Shown here: positions 26,236 through 37,385 of the stretch, one piece after another
Numbering within the stretch: position 1 is the first letter of the stretch
Layout: every line of letters starts with the position of its first letter
Assembly (NCBI GenBank): GCA_043825615.1
Contig: JBDRRS010000012.1
Coordinates: 1-64,000, forward strand
Length of the DNA stretch: 64,000 bases
Direction: 5' to 3'
Source: a bacterium
GTDB lineage: Bacteria > CG03
Translations under genes and position numbers: made by a program
Notes under the pieces: model-generated
What the model saw: the letters and a program-made list of their open reading frames with translations, nothing else
What the model was told of the DNA's origin: nothing
The model's database searches: none

Positions 26236-27470
26236 TTTAAGTTACCTTTGTTTTTTTCTATTGCCAACTGATATAATCTCATCAATTCTTTATAATGTTT
26301 TTCGGCATTAAACTTTTCTTCAACAAATTTCCTCGCATTTTTACCCATCTGAACAATTTTCTCAGGAGATGATATCAAATCCATGATCTTTTCTCTTAAA
26401 TCTCCTGCATTCCCTGCCTCGAAAGTATAGCCGGTATCAGCATCTTTGACAAGCTCCGGTATTCCGCCAATCCTTGCTCCAATGACAGGTTTGCCTAAGG
26501 CAAACGCTTCCAAAACTGTTCTTGGATTATTTTCATACCATTCAGAAGGAATAACAACCGCAGACGAGTTTTTAATTTCATTATCTAAATCATTCCCTGT
26601 TTTATAACCTAAGAATCTAATGTTTTTAACTCCATGGTCTTCAATGTAATGTTTAAGCTTTTCCTTTATCTGGCCATCCCCGATAATTTTCAATTCAACA
26701 TCATCCAGTCCTTTCATTGCCTTTATCAAAGTAACTAAACCTTTTTCATGCGAAAGGCGGCCAAAATAACAAATTGATTTTCCGTTGTTTTCATACTTAG
26801 GGATAAATTCTCCCGGATATATACAATTCGGCAAATATTCAATTTTGTGCTTGAACCCCATTTCTTTGAGTTTCTCTTTCAAAAACATACTAGGCGAAAT
26901 AAAAATATCAATGTCATCGTAAATATGCAGAATTTTATGATGTAAATACATCTCCACAACATTTATAAAACTTTTCAAATAAGAATTTTTTGTACATTTT
27001 TTGACAAAGCACCAATAATATTTGCTGTTTTTGCACCTTTCACACGGTACCCCGTCAACTAACATAGAATAAGACGGACAAACAAGCTTATAATCATGCG
27101 AAGTCATCACAACAGGAATGTTGCGTTTTTTAAAAACATGCAGTATAGACGGCGATATCTGATGCGCAAAATTATGCAGATGGATTATGTCAAATGACTC
27201 ATGGGATAAAAGCCTCTTGATTTTGTTTTTTGCCTCTAAAGAATATAAAATCTTTAATACAAAACTTATGCTCGTTTTAAAACCGCTTGTTTTATAATCT
27301 ACTTTATCCACAAAAAAAACTTCATATTTAAACTCCAAATTTTTTTCATGCCGCATTCCCCAATATGCGACTTTATGCCCTTTTTCTTTAAGGAGTTTCC
27401 CAGTATTAAAAGTTACTATCGCATCCCCCCCTTTAGGGTATAAAAATTTATTTATCAGCAAAACTTTCAT
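26232..27470 (-). CDS. Glycosyltransferase family 4; contains a G7 tract at codons 13-15
   Basis: 412 aa with a C-terminal EWYENNPRTVLEAFALGKPVI motif. Confidence 0.8.
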   Translation of the reverse strand: MKVLLINKFLYPKGGDAIVTFNTGKLLKEKGHKVAYWGMRHEKNLEFKYEVFFVDKVDYKTSGFKTSISFVLKILYSLEAKNKIKRLLSHESFDIIHLHNFAHQISPSILHVFKKRNIPVVMTSHDYKLVCPSYSMLVDGVPCERCKNSKYYWCFVKKCTKNSYLKSFINVVEMYLHHKILHIYDDIDIFISPSMFLKEKLKEMGFKHKIEYLPNCIYPGEFIPKYENNGKSICYFGRLSHEKGLVTLIKAMKGLDDVELKIIGDGQIKEKLKHYIEDHGVKNIRFLGYKTGNDLDNEIKNSSAVVIPSEWYENNPRTVLEAFALGKPVIGARIGGIPELVKDADTGYTFEAGNAGDLREKIMDLISSPEKIVQMGKNARKFVEEKFNAEKHYKELMRLYQLAIEKNKGNLK

Positions 27471-28160
27471 TTACTTTTTAGCTATTACGACTATTGTTTC
27501 TGAAATGCCAGGCAAAAGCGGAAGAAATTTTATTCTGCTCAGCCCGCATTGTTTCAGCTCTTTGTCAATTTGATGATATGTAACAGGATGCCATTCTGCC
27601 CTCCTTTGTTTCCTTCTTATTAGATTTTTGATACAATTTTTATGATAATAAGCCAAAATAAGAACACTCCGTGATACCCTCTTTAACTCAAGAATTATTT
27701 TTTTTCTATTGTTTTCGGGGGTATGCCCAAATAAGCGTAATGAAACACAGGCATCAAAACTATTTTCAGGATATGTTAATTTTTCTGCATCTTTTTCTTC
27801 TACCACTATATTTTCCTCTAAATTGAGCGATTTTAGTTTTTCTCTTGTACACATAACCATTTCGTTCGAAAGATCTACCCCTACAACTTTATATCCCTTA
27901 CTAGCCAAATAAATGGATAATCTCCCTGTCCCGCAAGGAACATCAAGGAGCCTATTCGGCGGTTTTATATTTGCCAAATTTAGAGCCCTCCCTATTAATT
28001 TCAGCTCCATTTTATTAACAATTTTACCTTTAAAATTCGTAAACCGATCCTTATCATACGTTTGAACAACTCTCTTATTCTGGTACACCTTTCGCGCCCT
28101 ATACCCTCCGTTTCTTTGTTGAGAAACCGCATCCTTACTAAAATCATTCTTGTCCGCCAT
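27471..28160 (-). CDS. Class I SAM-dependent methyltransferase
   Basis: LLDVPCGTGRLSIYLA motif I. Confidence 0.75.
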   Translation of the reverse strand: MADKNDFSKDAVSQQRNGGYRARKVYQNKRVVQTYDKDRFTNFKGKIVNKMELKLIGRALNLANIKPPNRLLDVPCGTGRLSIYLASKGYKVVGVDLSNEMVMCTREKLKSLNLEENIVVEEKDAEKLTYPENSFDACVSLRLFGHTPENNRKKIILELKRVSRSVLILAYYHKNCIKNLIRRKQRRAEWHPVTYHQIDKELKQCGLSRIKFLPLLPGISETIVVIAKK

Positions 28161-29370
28161 ATAATGCCTCCCAATTCTTCAAATACTCTTCACATATTTT
28201 TTCAATATTAAATTCTTCAGCAACAAATTCCCTCGCTTTATTTGAAATTATATTTAGATTAAAACTTTTTACTTCTATACATTTTGATATGATATCCGAA
28301 TAATCATCTACAACAAAACCGGTTTCGCCGTCTTCTATTAATTCCCCCCCCCCCCTTACTCCTGTAGTCATGACAGGCGTCCCCATGCTCATCGCTTCAA
28401 TCCATGTCAATGGCGGCGCTACTGTTGATTCTTTTTTTCCAACAGGAGAAAAGAACACATCAGCCGATTCAAGAAGTTTATTAAATTCATCTACATTTGT
28501 AATAATTTGCACCTTTTGACACGCCTTTTTAATATATTTTGTTTTATAACTTTCAGGCTTGAAAGCAAAAATAAATTCTATATCATCGCATTTTTGTACC
28601 ACTTCTTTTGCACTATCAACTGCGCGGTAAAAATCATCTTCCTGTATCTGTTGAATTCGCCCTGACCATAAAAACAATTTATTTTTCACGGAGCATCCGT
28701 ACTTCATTTTGATTGCATTTTTTTCTTCGAACGAAAGCCTTTTTTTAGGCATTTTTACACCCCAATGTATAACTTCCATTGTTTTGGGGGATATTCCTAT
28801 ATCAAAAAGTATTTCTTTATATGCCTTCGTAAAAGGAAACAATCTATCCAATTTCTTAAAACTGAGCTTAAGATAATTGTCATAAAATTTTCCTCGGGGG
28901 TTATAACTCGCTGGCGAATAAGTCATTTTTATATGTGGATATTTTTTCTTTAAATGCGGCATCACTAATCCAAAATTATCCATAAAATGTATCACCCCTA
29001 TATTTGATTTCTTAATAATTTCTGAAATATACTTTTCATACCACACAATAGTCAAGAATCTTTCTATCATTTCCCGGGGTTGTTTATGTTCGTGGTGATA
29101 ATATATTTTATCATTTATGCGTCTATAAAATCTTTTCCTATATAAATGGAAAGGACGTTTTAAATTGTGTATCATTACTTCTTCTTTTCCTGTTTTTTGA
29201 ATATATATTGGGACATCTTGATCATTGATAGATATTACTTCCGCCTTAACTTTTTCTGTTTTGACAAGTAAATCAATCATTTGACAATAAAAATTCTTCT
29301 CACCTGCTGTTATATACGGAAAATAACCCACGCCTATAAACATAACATTCTTCTTGTTTTCTTTATTCAT
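28144..29370 (-). CDS. Glycosyltransferase (GT-B, family 1/4); contains an in-frame G12 homopolymer
   Basis: C-terminal WIEAMSMGTPVMTTGVRGGGELIEDGETGFVVDD; the GGGG is encoded by the G12 run. Confidence 0.75.
   Translation of the reverse strand: MNKENKKNVMFIGVGYFPYITAGEKNFYCQMIDLLVKTEKVKAEVISINDQDVPIYIQKTGKEEVMIHNLKRPFHLYRKRFYRRINDKIYYHHEHKQPREMIERFLTIVWYEKYISEIIKKSNIGVIHFMDNFGLVMPHLKKKYPHIKMTYSPASYNPRGKFYDNYLKLSFKKLDRLFPFTKAYKEILFDIGISPKTMEVIHWGVKMPKKRLSFEEKNAIKMKYGCSVKNKLFLWSGRIQQIQEDDFYRAVDSAKEVVQKCDDIEFIFAFKPESYKTKYIKKACQKVQIITNVDEFNKLLESADVFFSPVGKKESTVAPPLTWIEAMSMGTPVMTTGVRGGGELIEDGETGFVVDDYSDIISKCIEVKSFNLNIISNKAREFVAEEFNIEKICEEYLKNWEALYGGQE
28344..28355. repeat. Homopolymer C12 (G12 on the coding strand) inside the glycosyltransferase ORF
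   Basis: Read directly. Confidence 0.9.
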
Positions 29371-30284
29371 TTTTGTAAAACAATTTTAAATATTCCTTTA
29401 GCAAACCCATATATCGGGTTAAAACTGAAAAATTTAATTGCCATTACTATACTCTCTATAAAAACACCTATGGTTGACCACCAAAAACAAAACCAAGTCT
29501 TTGAAGTTTTCTCAATATTTTTCATGAAGAAATAATAATGGTTATATGTTTTCATAAAACAAAATTGCCTACTGTTTATTCTTGAAACTGGTGAAGATTT
29601 ATGAAACACTTTGGCATATGGGGTGTAAATAAGTTTATATTTTCTGGATACCCTATACGAAAAGTCAATATCTTCCATAAGACCGTACCCCTTCATATTC
29701 TCATCAAATTGAAAGTTATTGAACACTTCCTTTCTATAACTGCAAATACCGCAAAAAACTTCTGTCTCAGCAACAGTGCTTCTATTGGTAATAAACTGAA
29801 ATGCCTGAAAACCTGAAGGCTGCATATTTCCAAACCCATCAGAACGAGACAACATAAATAATCTCCTAATAAATTTTGCAAAAAAAGAACTATTTTGGAT
29901 ATTTGTCAACAAGCCGAAGACCCCTCCGATATCGTTTTTTTTATCATCCGAATATATCCTGTTTATCTCTTCCAGATAGTCTCTTTCCAGAATTACATCG
30001 TCATCCATAAAGTGTATTATTTCCGCTTCGGTTGTTTTTATTCCAATATTTCTCTGCAATGTCAAACATGGCACAGTATGCACATATTGAATTTTGAAAG
30101 GCACTTCATATTCTATTTGATTTATAAAACTCTTCGTCTTATTATTCTTGCTGCTATCAACAATGATTAATTCATTAGGTAGCACGGTTTGAATAAATAT
30201 GGAATCTAAATACTCTTTTAAATCTTGAAGTCGATCTTTTGTACATATTATAATTGCGGTTTTTCGATAATCTACCTTATTCAT
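29367..30284 (-). CDS. Glycosyltransferase family 2
   Basis: N-terminal IIICTKDR...DSS...DDD-type GT-A motifs. Confidence 0.8.
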   Translation of the reverse strand: MNKVDYRKTAIIICTKDRLQDLKEYLDSIFIQTVLPNELIIVDSSKNNKTKSFINQIEYEVPFKIQYVHTVPCLTLQRNIGIKTTEAEIIHFMDDDVILERDYLEEINRIYSDDKKNDIGGVFGLLTNIQNSSFFAKFIRRLFMLSRSDGFGNMQPSGFQAFQFITNRSTVAETEVFCGICSYRKEVFNNFQFDENMKGYGLMEDIDFSYRVSRKYKLIYTPYAKVFHKSSPVSRINSRQFCFMKTYNHYYFFMKNIEKTSKTWFCFWWSTIGVFIESIVMAIKFFSFNPIYGFAKGIFKIVLQK

Positions 30285-30285
30285 A

Positions 30286-31521
30286 TCAAGTGACTTCCTT
30301 TATGTATATTTTTTGAATTGCGAATACGAAAGCAATGATAATCCAAAAATAAGACACCAATGCTTGATTAATAAATATTCCATCTGCCATACTTGCAATT
30401 GAAATACACATTATTATTGCAAATAAAGTATGCAAAATATTTTTCAAAAACGGGTCGCCTATTCTCTTCCCCAAGTATAATGCTTTCTTCAAGCTAAGAT
30501 AAATAATAGAAAGATATGCTATCAGAGCTACCCCACCCAATTCCACAAATATTAGTAAATAATCATTATGCGTAGCAATATTTTGCCCCATAATCTCGTT
30601 AGATATATAGGTACTGGTTCCCAATCCATTTCCAATAAATATATACCTCGGGATAATCTTAAGATAACTATGCCAGATATATAATCTGGCATGCAAGGTT
30701 GATTGAGCAATAGGTGATGTAATATCAAGATTTTTTATATGCGTAAAAACATCTTGAATTATCGGGGTATATCCTATTAACAGCACACTCATACCTGCAA
30801 TAATAAATTTATATATTTTATTGTTTCTTAAACATAAAATCCCTACCAAACAAGCTAACCATGCCCCTCTTGAAAAAGTAAAACCAAGCAATATAAACAG
30901 GATACTAGAAAAAAATAACCAGAATGTTTTTTTTAAAAACGCTTTATGCGATAAGAAATAGTTTAATGAAAAAAGAATAATGATACACAAAAAATATCCA
31001 TAACTGTTTGCGTGGTTAAATGGTCCGGCTATTCTTACCCCGTCCGGTCGTTTTATTATACCTTTTACAAAAAATGTTATAAAATTGCCGTAGTCCCCTG
31101 TGAAAATATTATAAATGCCCCAAAATACCGGAATTATTGCAGATACCAATATAACCTTTAAATAATATTTCAATTTGTTAACGTCCTTTATTCTATGAAA
31201 TATATAAAGTGCCAACAAATAATCTGAAAACAATCTGATTATTTTTCTCAATGAGAACATCATGTTCGGAGAATGCCATAATGAAAGAACAGAAAAAAAT
31301 ATCATAATTAGCCAATATTTTTTCAACAGGAAATGATATTCCCTTTTCTTATTCCAGTTATTTAACATTAAGATACCCACCAAAACTATGTTGATTATTC
31401 CATCGATAGACATTGCCGATGCGACGCCTGTTTGATTGGCAAACGCATTTTCAAAACAAAAAACAGTCCCAATCCAAGGACGCGTTACGAGGACAAATGT
31501 CACAAAATATTCACACCGCAT
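30286..31521 (-). CDS. O-antigen ligase/polymerase-like (Wzy-type) polytopic membrane protein
   Basis: About 10-12 TM helices with a large periplasmic loop, the general O-antigen-ligase domain pattern. Confidence 0.6.
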   Translation of the reverse strand: MRCEYFVTFVLVTRPWIGTVFCFENAFANQTGVASAMSIDGIINIVLVGILMLNNWNKKREYHFLLKKYWLIMIFFSVLSLWHSPNMMFSLRKIIRLFSDYLLALYIFHRIKDVNKLKYYLKVILVSAIIPVFWGIYNIFTGDYGNFITFFVKGIIKRPDGVRIAGPFNHANSYGYFLCIIILFSLNYFLSHKAFLKKTFWLFFSSILFILLGFTFSRGAWLACLVGILCLRNNKIYKFIIAGMSVLLIGYTPIIQDVFTHIKNLDITSPIAQSTLHARLYIWHSYLKIIPRYIFIGNGLGTSTYISNEIMGQNIATHNDYLLIFVELGGVALIAYLSIIYLSLKKALYLGKRIGDPFLKNILHTLFAIIMCISIASMADGIFINQALVSYFWIIIAFVFAIQKIYIKEVT

Positions 31522-31666
31522 ACAACAATCCAGCCTCCCTCGTAAAAATACCCATAAATAAACTCACTTTAAATAGACCCGAAATTTTCAAAATCGAAGC
31601 AAAAGACAAGCCATTAACACAGCAACTATAACATTTTGTGGGAATTAATATCAGCATACGTGCTTT

Positions 31667-32842
31667 TTATAAAAGCAAATTTCTATACATGCCCTTATAT
31701 GTATCCGCAATATTAGCAATATCATACCTATTCTCTATTGTCTTTCTTGCTGCTGCACCTATCTTAACAAATAGCTCTTTATCCATAAAAAGCTTTAATA
31801 TATTTCCTGCCATACTTTCAATATCTTCTTGCTCACACAAATACCCATTCAAACCATGGTCAATTATATGATCAGTTATCTGGGGAATTCTGCTTACAAC
31901 ACACGGAAGACCGCATGACATTGCTTCCAGTAAGACATTTGGTAATCCCTCACGCCGTGAAGGAAAAAGAAAAACATCAGAGCACATTAAATATTTTTCG
32001 GGATTCTTAACTTCACCAACAAATTTAATCTTTGATTCAAGCTTTAAACACGAAATTGTTTTATGTAATTTCCTATTAAAAGATACACTGAATTCTGAAT
32101 TTCCCTCAATATATTCCGGCCCAACTAATAGCAGTTGGAGTTGCTTGCCATATTTCAAAGAAACTTTATTCCACGCTTCAATTAACACATCTATTCCCTT
32201 TCTATCAATGATAGCGCCCATAAATAGGGCGATTTTGGCATTAACTGGCAGTAATAATTTTTCTCTATATTCAAATTTTTCATATTTATTTTTTACTGGC
32301 CGGAATATTTTTGTATTTACTCCATTGGGGACTTCATCATAATTATGAAAATATTTACTGTTTCTAAGAGTATCCGTTAAAGCTGGACTAACAGATACTA
32401 TTTGATTTACTTTGGACATTAAAAGAAGTTTTATAATTCCAAGTTTGTGTTTTTTTATCGTCACTATATCATCTTCGCCCATTAATGTTAATTTCTGAAT
32501 GATTCTTTTCCGCAGAATAAAACCTGCCAAAAGACTTGATAGAGACAGGCAATGTATATGCAATATATCAATTTTGCTTCTATTCCTGTAGATGGTTAAG
32601 AAAATTTTAATCATTTCTTTAATTTTATCCTTAATGGTTCCCTTCTGGTTTACGAATATTGTTTCAACAGAAATTCCATCAATACTATACTTGGGCTCTT
32701 TCCTGTCATTTGAAAAAGATATGACAAATGCCTCAACTTTCCTTTTTTTTAATTCCCGCAATAAACTATAACATTGAATTGCCGCTCCACTATATTGTGG
32801 CAAAAACCTACTAACGAACATGCAAACTTTTATTACTTTCAT
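31667..32842 (-). CDS. Glycosyltransferase family 4
   Basis: C-terminal REGLPNVLLEAMSCGLPCVVS. Confidence 0.8.
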   Translation of the reverse strand: MKVIKVCMFVSRFLPQYSGAAIQCYSLLRELKKRKVEAFVISFSNDRKEPKYSIDGISVETIFVNQKGTIKDKIKEMIKIFLTIYRNRSKIDILHIHCLSLSSLLAGFILRKRIIQKLTLMGEDDIVTIKKHKLGIIKLLLMSKVNQIVSVSPALTDTLRNSKYFHNYDEVPNGVNTKIFRPVKNKYEKFEYREKLLLPVNAKIALFMGAIIDRKGIDVLIEAWNKVSLKYGKQLQLLLVGPEYIEGNSEFSVSFNRKLHKTISCLKLESKIKFVGEVKNPEKYLMCSDVFLFPSRREGLPNVLLEAMSCGLPCVVSRIPQITDHIIDHGLNGYLCEQEDIESMAGNILKLFMDKELFVKIGAAARKTIENRYDIANIADTYKGMYRNLLL

Positions 32843-32846
32843 TGAT

Positions 32847-34703
32847 TTATTTATCTATAAATTTTCTGCACCACAATTCAAATGTTAACAGTCCCCATAT
32901 TTGAACGGACCAATCCTTTTTTCCACTAAAAAACTCACCTAACATACAATGCACAGAATTAATATTGAAGTACCCTCTTCTCTTTAGCGCTGAATCCGAC
33001 AATATATCAAGTGTATATTCCCGCAGTTCGTCTTTAAGCCACACATCAATCGGGACATTAAACCCATGTTGTTTTCTGTTCAAAATACTTTCCGGCACTA
33101 CCTTTCGGCTTACTTTTCTCAGCAATGCTTTGGTAACATTTCCATTAATTTTATATTTTGAAGGAATTGATAAAGCAAATTCTACTAATTGATAATCTAA
33201 AAAAGGCACTCTCGCTTCCAGGGAGTGAGCCATACTCATCTTATCGATTTTTAGCAAAAGATCATCCACCATCCAACTGTTTATATCAATCAATGGAAAT
33301 ACCATTTGGGAATCCCGTTCTATTATTTCAGGGGGTATTAAACTGTCAAAAGGATGTGTGTAATTTTTTAATACTTCCGCAAAATCGTCTGAAAGAATAT
33401 TTTGTTTGTTGCTAAATAATGTATAGGTCTTAAATAAATTAATTATATTCGTACTGGCATCATTTAATTTTCCCAATTCATCATGCTTAATCGGCAAATT
33501 TGAAACCATTTTCTTAAATATCTTCGGAAATTTTTTATATTGATTTATTAATACTAATCGCTTATGTAATAGATATTTTGAATATCCGAAATTTGTCTCG
33601 TCAGAACCTTCTCCAGTTAAAACAACGGTCACATGCTTCCTGGCAAATTCTGAAAGTAAATAAGTGGGGATTATTGCAGGATCAACAATGGGTTCTTCCA
33701 TATGGTAAATTATCTTATCAATTTGTTCTAATGATACTGGTTTCACAGTCAATTCATGGTGGTCTGTTTTAAAATAATTCGCAGTAATCCTAGCGTATTT
33801 TAATTCATCTATAGGCGCTCCCCGGCCAAACCCAACAGAAAAAGTCTTAATCGGTTCTTTGGCTATCTGTGACATAAATCCAACGACAACGCTCGAATCA
33901 AGCCCCCCACTTAAATATGCTCCTAACGGGACATCGCTGATTAATCTTCTTTTAATGGATTTCCGAAGAAGCTCAGTATACGCTTCAATGTAGAAAGCCT
34001 CATCTTTGTTGTTATTGAGCAATATTTTGCTGAATATATTCCAATATTGACGAATTTTAATTTTGCCATTTTCTATTTCCAAAAAATGTCCTTGTTTTAA
34101 CTTGCAAATGTCCTTAAACATAGTTTTAGGCGCCATGACATATCTAAGATTTAAATATTCTACAAGAGCGGATTTATTAACTCCTGTTTTAACCTTCGGG
34201 TGCTGTAATATTGTTTTTATCTCTGAACCAAAAACAAACACTCCATTTTTATGAAAATAATACAATGGCTTTATTCCCAACCTATCCCTGGCAATAAATA
34301 ATTTATTATTTCTTTTATCCCATATTGCGAATGCAAACATGCCATTAAATCTTTCAAGACAGCTTGTTCCCCATTCCCTATAAGAATGCAGAATAACTTC
34401 TGTATCGGTATTTGACTTGAATTTATAGCCCTTCTTTACAAGGGACTCTTTAATTTCTTTAAAGTTGTACGCTTCTCCATTATAAACTATCCAAAGCATC
34501 CCATCCTCGTTTGACATCGGTTGATGTCCAGCAGAAGACAAATCAACAATACTTAGTCTCTTATGTCCAAGACCAATATTCTTATCTACCATTATGCCTT
34601 CATCATCAGGACCTCGATGAGAAATAACACTAACCATTTTCCTTAAGATAGAATCCGGGACCGATTGTTTGTTAAAGTTATAAATACCTGCTATTCCGCA
34701 CAT
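32847..34703 (-). CDS. asnB: Asparagine synthase (glutamine-hydrolysing)-type amidotransferase
   Basis: N-terminal MCGIAGI nucleophile, a PP-loop SGGLDSS, 618 aa. Confidence 0.85.
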   Translation of the reverse strand: MCGIAGIYNFNKQSVPDSILRKMVSVISHRGPDDEGIMVDKNIGLGHKRLSIVDLSSAGHQPMSNEDGMLWIVYNGEAYNFKEIKESLVKKGYKFKSNTDTEVILHSYREWGTSCLERFNGMFAFAIWDKRNNKLFIARDRLGIKPLYYFHKNGVFVFGSEIKTILQHPKVKTGVNKSALVEYLNLRYVMAPKTMFKDICKLKQGHFLEIENGKIKIRQYWNIFSKILLNNNKDEAFYIEAYTELLRKSIKRRLISDVPLGAYLSGGLDSSVVVGFMSQIAKEPIKTFSVGFGRGAPIDELKYARITANYFKTDHHELTVKPVSLEQIDKIIYHMEEPIVDPAIIPTYLLSEFARKHVTVVLTGEGSDETNFGYSKYLLHKRLVLINQYKKFPKIFKKMVSNLPIKHDELGKLNDASTNIINLFKTYTLFSNKQNILSDDFAEVLKNYTHPFDSLIPPEIIERDSQMVFPLIDINSWMVDDLLLKIDKMSMAHSLEARVPFLDYQLVEFALSIPSKYKINGNVTKALLRKVSRKVVPESILNRKQHGFNVPIDVWLKDELREYTLDILSDSALKRRGYFNINSVHCMLGEFFSGKKDWSVQIWGLLTFELWCRKFIDK

Positions 34704-35482
34704 TTTTTACTCCGACATATTGCAATAAAATGTTTTGCATTTTTGAGATCACCATTTTGTATTAAAATATTTTTAGCAGTTGCTTTTTGCCAAAAAGGGC
34801 TATACTTATAAATATATATTTTGAATATTTTTTTAAGTAATTTTCTTGTCGAAACGGGTAGAAGCAAAAATATTGACTTTATTCTTAAAAATAACAATCC
34901 CCGCTCTCTTTTTGTATCATTACCCGTTCTCTCTAAAACATTAAATCCCTGCCCCAGTAAAGCAACCTGGTCAAAATAGTGCTGCAACAAACTTCTGAAT
35001 TCTAATTCATTATATTCTTTTGTATGGTACGGGTATCCCTTTTCATGGAGGGCATTTGGAGTAGATAATAACAATTTCCCTTCGGGTTTTAAAACTCTTC
35101 TTACCTCTTTCAAGAATTGTTCTGGATTATTTAAATGCTCAATAATATCAAACCCACATATTATATCAAATACATTATCTTTAAATTTCAACTTATCACT
35201 GCAATCCATTACATAAAATGCAAGATTTTTCCGTATATATTTTTTTTTAAGGTATGATATTAAATCTTTATGATAGTCAATTCCGATTGCACTTTTTGCA
35301 ACCTTTGATAACAAATATGTGCCTTTCCCGTACCCGCAACCAATATCCAGAAGATTTAAACCTTGCGCAAAACTACGGGCATATTTATATCTTGCGTTAT
35401 GCTCTTTCTCACAAATTGCAGTTTCAGGAGCATAACATTCGAAATACTCATTTAATTTTAGTTCTCTTTCATCTTTTTTCAC
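34691..35482 (-). CDS. Class I SAM-dependent methyltransferase
   Basis: LLDIGCGYGKGT motif I. Confidence 0.75.
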   Translation of the reverse strand: MKKDERELKLNEYFECYAPETAICEKEHNARYKYARSFAQGLNLLDIGCGYGKGTYLLSKVAKSAIGIDYHKDLISYLKKKYIRKNLAFYVMDCSDKLKFKDNVFDIICGFDIIEHLNNPEQFLKEVRRVLKPEGKLLLSTPNALHEKGYPYHTKEYNELEFRSLLQHYFDQVALLGQGFNVLERTGNDTKRERGLLFLRIKSIFLLLPVSTRKLLKKIFKIYIYKYSPFWQKATAKNILIQNGDLKNAKHFIAICRSKKCAE

Positions 35483-35543
35483 ACCACCCCCCTGCGTAAC
35501 TCAATTAAACATGCGATAAAATTAAATTCAAATTTACTTTTCA

Positions 35544-37385
35544 TTATTTTAACACACTCTTAAAGAGCTCCTTCCATTTTAACAATGATTTTTCCCCAGT
35601 ACATTCAACTATATTATTGGCAAAGTAATTTTTCTTGATATTTTTCCTAATTTTCAAACCGTGTTCTATTTCGTCTATCTTATTAATTACTTCATCTGAA
35701 TCCCCACAAAAATGAACAACATCAAATTTCTTATAATTTATCATAAACTTTTCATATTCGCTATCTAATGTTTGACAGATTATCACTTCTAAATTATTCA
35801 TAATGGCGTCAAAAACTAATGTTGAGGAAGAAAATGAAACCAGAATCTCCGCTTCATTAAATTGTTTATACGCATCGCCTTGAGAAAAAGTAATATTGCT
35901 ATGATTAAATGTTCTCATCCAATATTTTAAATTATCCATCGGATGAACCATCAAATGCAATTTGTTGTTTTTTGAAAAATGATTAACAAAATCAGTTAAA
36001 GAATGTAACCATTTATAATAAATATAACTGCTGGCTATAGGAGTAAAAATTTCAATGTTATTTCTATACTGACTTTTGCCAATAATTTGAGGTACCTCAA
36101 TAAGTATTTTTTGCGGTTGTTTTTCAAAGAAAGATTCGTCATTTGTTTTATACAGGGGGTGTCCGACAATCCTAACTTTATCCGTATTTGAACTATGCAG
36201 TCCGCTGTATGAATCGACTGACAATTTACCCCACACTCCCAAAACGTCAGTGTATATAATATCTGAAGATAATCTCAAGTCGTTCATCAGCCCATGCTCC
36301 GTCGCTATAGTAACAGCATTTACCTTTTTTGCTAATACGTTTAAAATTCTTTGTTCCACAGAAACGTAACTGCCCATTAAAATAATTTTCGGTTTGATTC
36401 TACTAATCATCCATAAATAATTTAATATTGATCTTTTCAAATACGGCATTCTATTAACGTATTTTCTTAGCATGCCCTCTATAAGATAGGATGCAACTTG
36501 GCTATTTGCAGAAAAATGATCACTAATATGCAAAACAATATCATCTTTTATCTTTAATAATATTTTTTCTGATATTTTCTTGCTCCGGTATTTTTCAAAA
36601 ACATTAAACCAAATTCTTATTAATAAACTTATTAAATTAGGCGATATTGTTTTAACATTTTCATTTACGTTATTTATTTTTCCTTCAGTATAAAACATGT
36701 ACTCGTCTGATTTTGATAAATATTCAATAATTGGAATAGTATTTCGATGAGAACCTGCTAATATATTTATTTTATTAGACTTTTTAAGAAAAAAAATTCT
36801 GAATGTATTTTTTATTAATTGAATTATTTTTTGAAGGATAATGTTTTTGTTATCAGACGAAATTGTATTGTCTACGTGCTTTATGAGAGAACTTCTTTTA
36901 ATTAACTCGCAATTGCAATTCTTCGTTTTTGCCTGCTCTTGCACAAAATCGTCATATTCAGTATTGCCTGATACCAATGTAATCTTTTTAATCAATGGAT
37001 AAGATTTAAACACAAAATCTATAATTAAAGAATCTCTTAGTATCCATGAAAACTGAGAACCCCAAAAGATTTCATCAATTTCAAATAGATTAATCCCTTT
37101 AAATATGCTGTTTTTTTTTATATCGGCATCAAATTCTTTATAAAAGTTTCGAGCCAAATTCCAAACATAATTAGATAGTCCCTTAAGGTTATCGTATTTT
37201 TTTAATATGTCCAAATAAAATATGACTTCAAATGGCGGTTGCCAAATAGTTTTCAATAATGCAAGATCATCAGGATTATAATAGATAACGACATCATGAT
37301 GAGCTATCTTTAAAATCAACTCACTTGCTTCCTTCTCATCCCAATAACCCCAATCCGGACTAAATAATAAAATATTTTTACTCAT
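35544..37385 (-). CDS. Hypothetical protein, possibly a GT-B-fold or TagF/KpsC-like polysaccharide biosynthesis enzyme
   Basis: 613 aa with no definitive motif; the assignment rests on context only. Confidence 0.35.
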   Translation of the reverse strand: MSKNILLFSPDWGYWDEKEASELILKIAHHDVVIYYNPDDLALLKTIWQPPFEVIFYLDILKKYDNLKGLSNYVWNLARNFYKEFDADIKKNSIFKGINLFEIDEIFWGSQFSWILRDSLIIDFVFKSYPLIKKITLVSGNTEYDDFVQEQAKTKNCNCELIKRSSLIKHVDNTISSDNKNIILQKIIQLIKNTFRIFFLKKSNKINILAGSHRNTIPIIEYLSKSDEYMFYTEGKINNVNENVKTISPNLISLLIRIWFNVFEKYRSKKISEKILLKIKDDIVLHISDHFSANSQVASYLIEGMLRKYVNRMPYLKRSILNYLWMISRIKPKIILMGSYVSVEQRILNVLAKKVNAVTIATEHGLMNDLRLSSDIIYTDVLGVWGKLSVDSYSGLHSSNTDKVRIVGHPLYKTNDESFFEKQPQKILIEVPQIIGKSQYRNNIEIFTPIASSYIYYKWLHSLTDFVNHFSKNNKLHLMVHPMDNLKYWMRTFNHSNITFSQGDAYKQFNEAEILVSFSSSTLVFDAIMNNLEVIICQTLDSEYEKFMINYKKFDVVHFCGDSDEVINKIDEIEHGLKIRKNIKKNYFANNIVECTGEKSLLKWKELFKSVLK

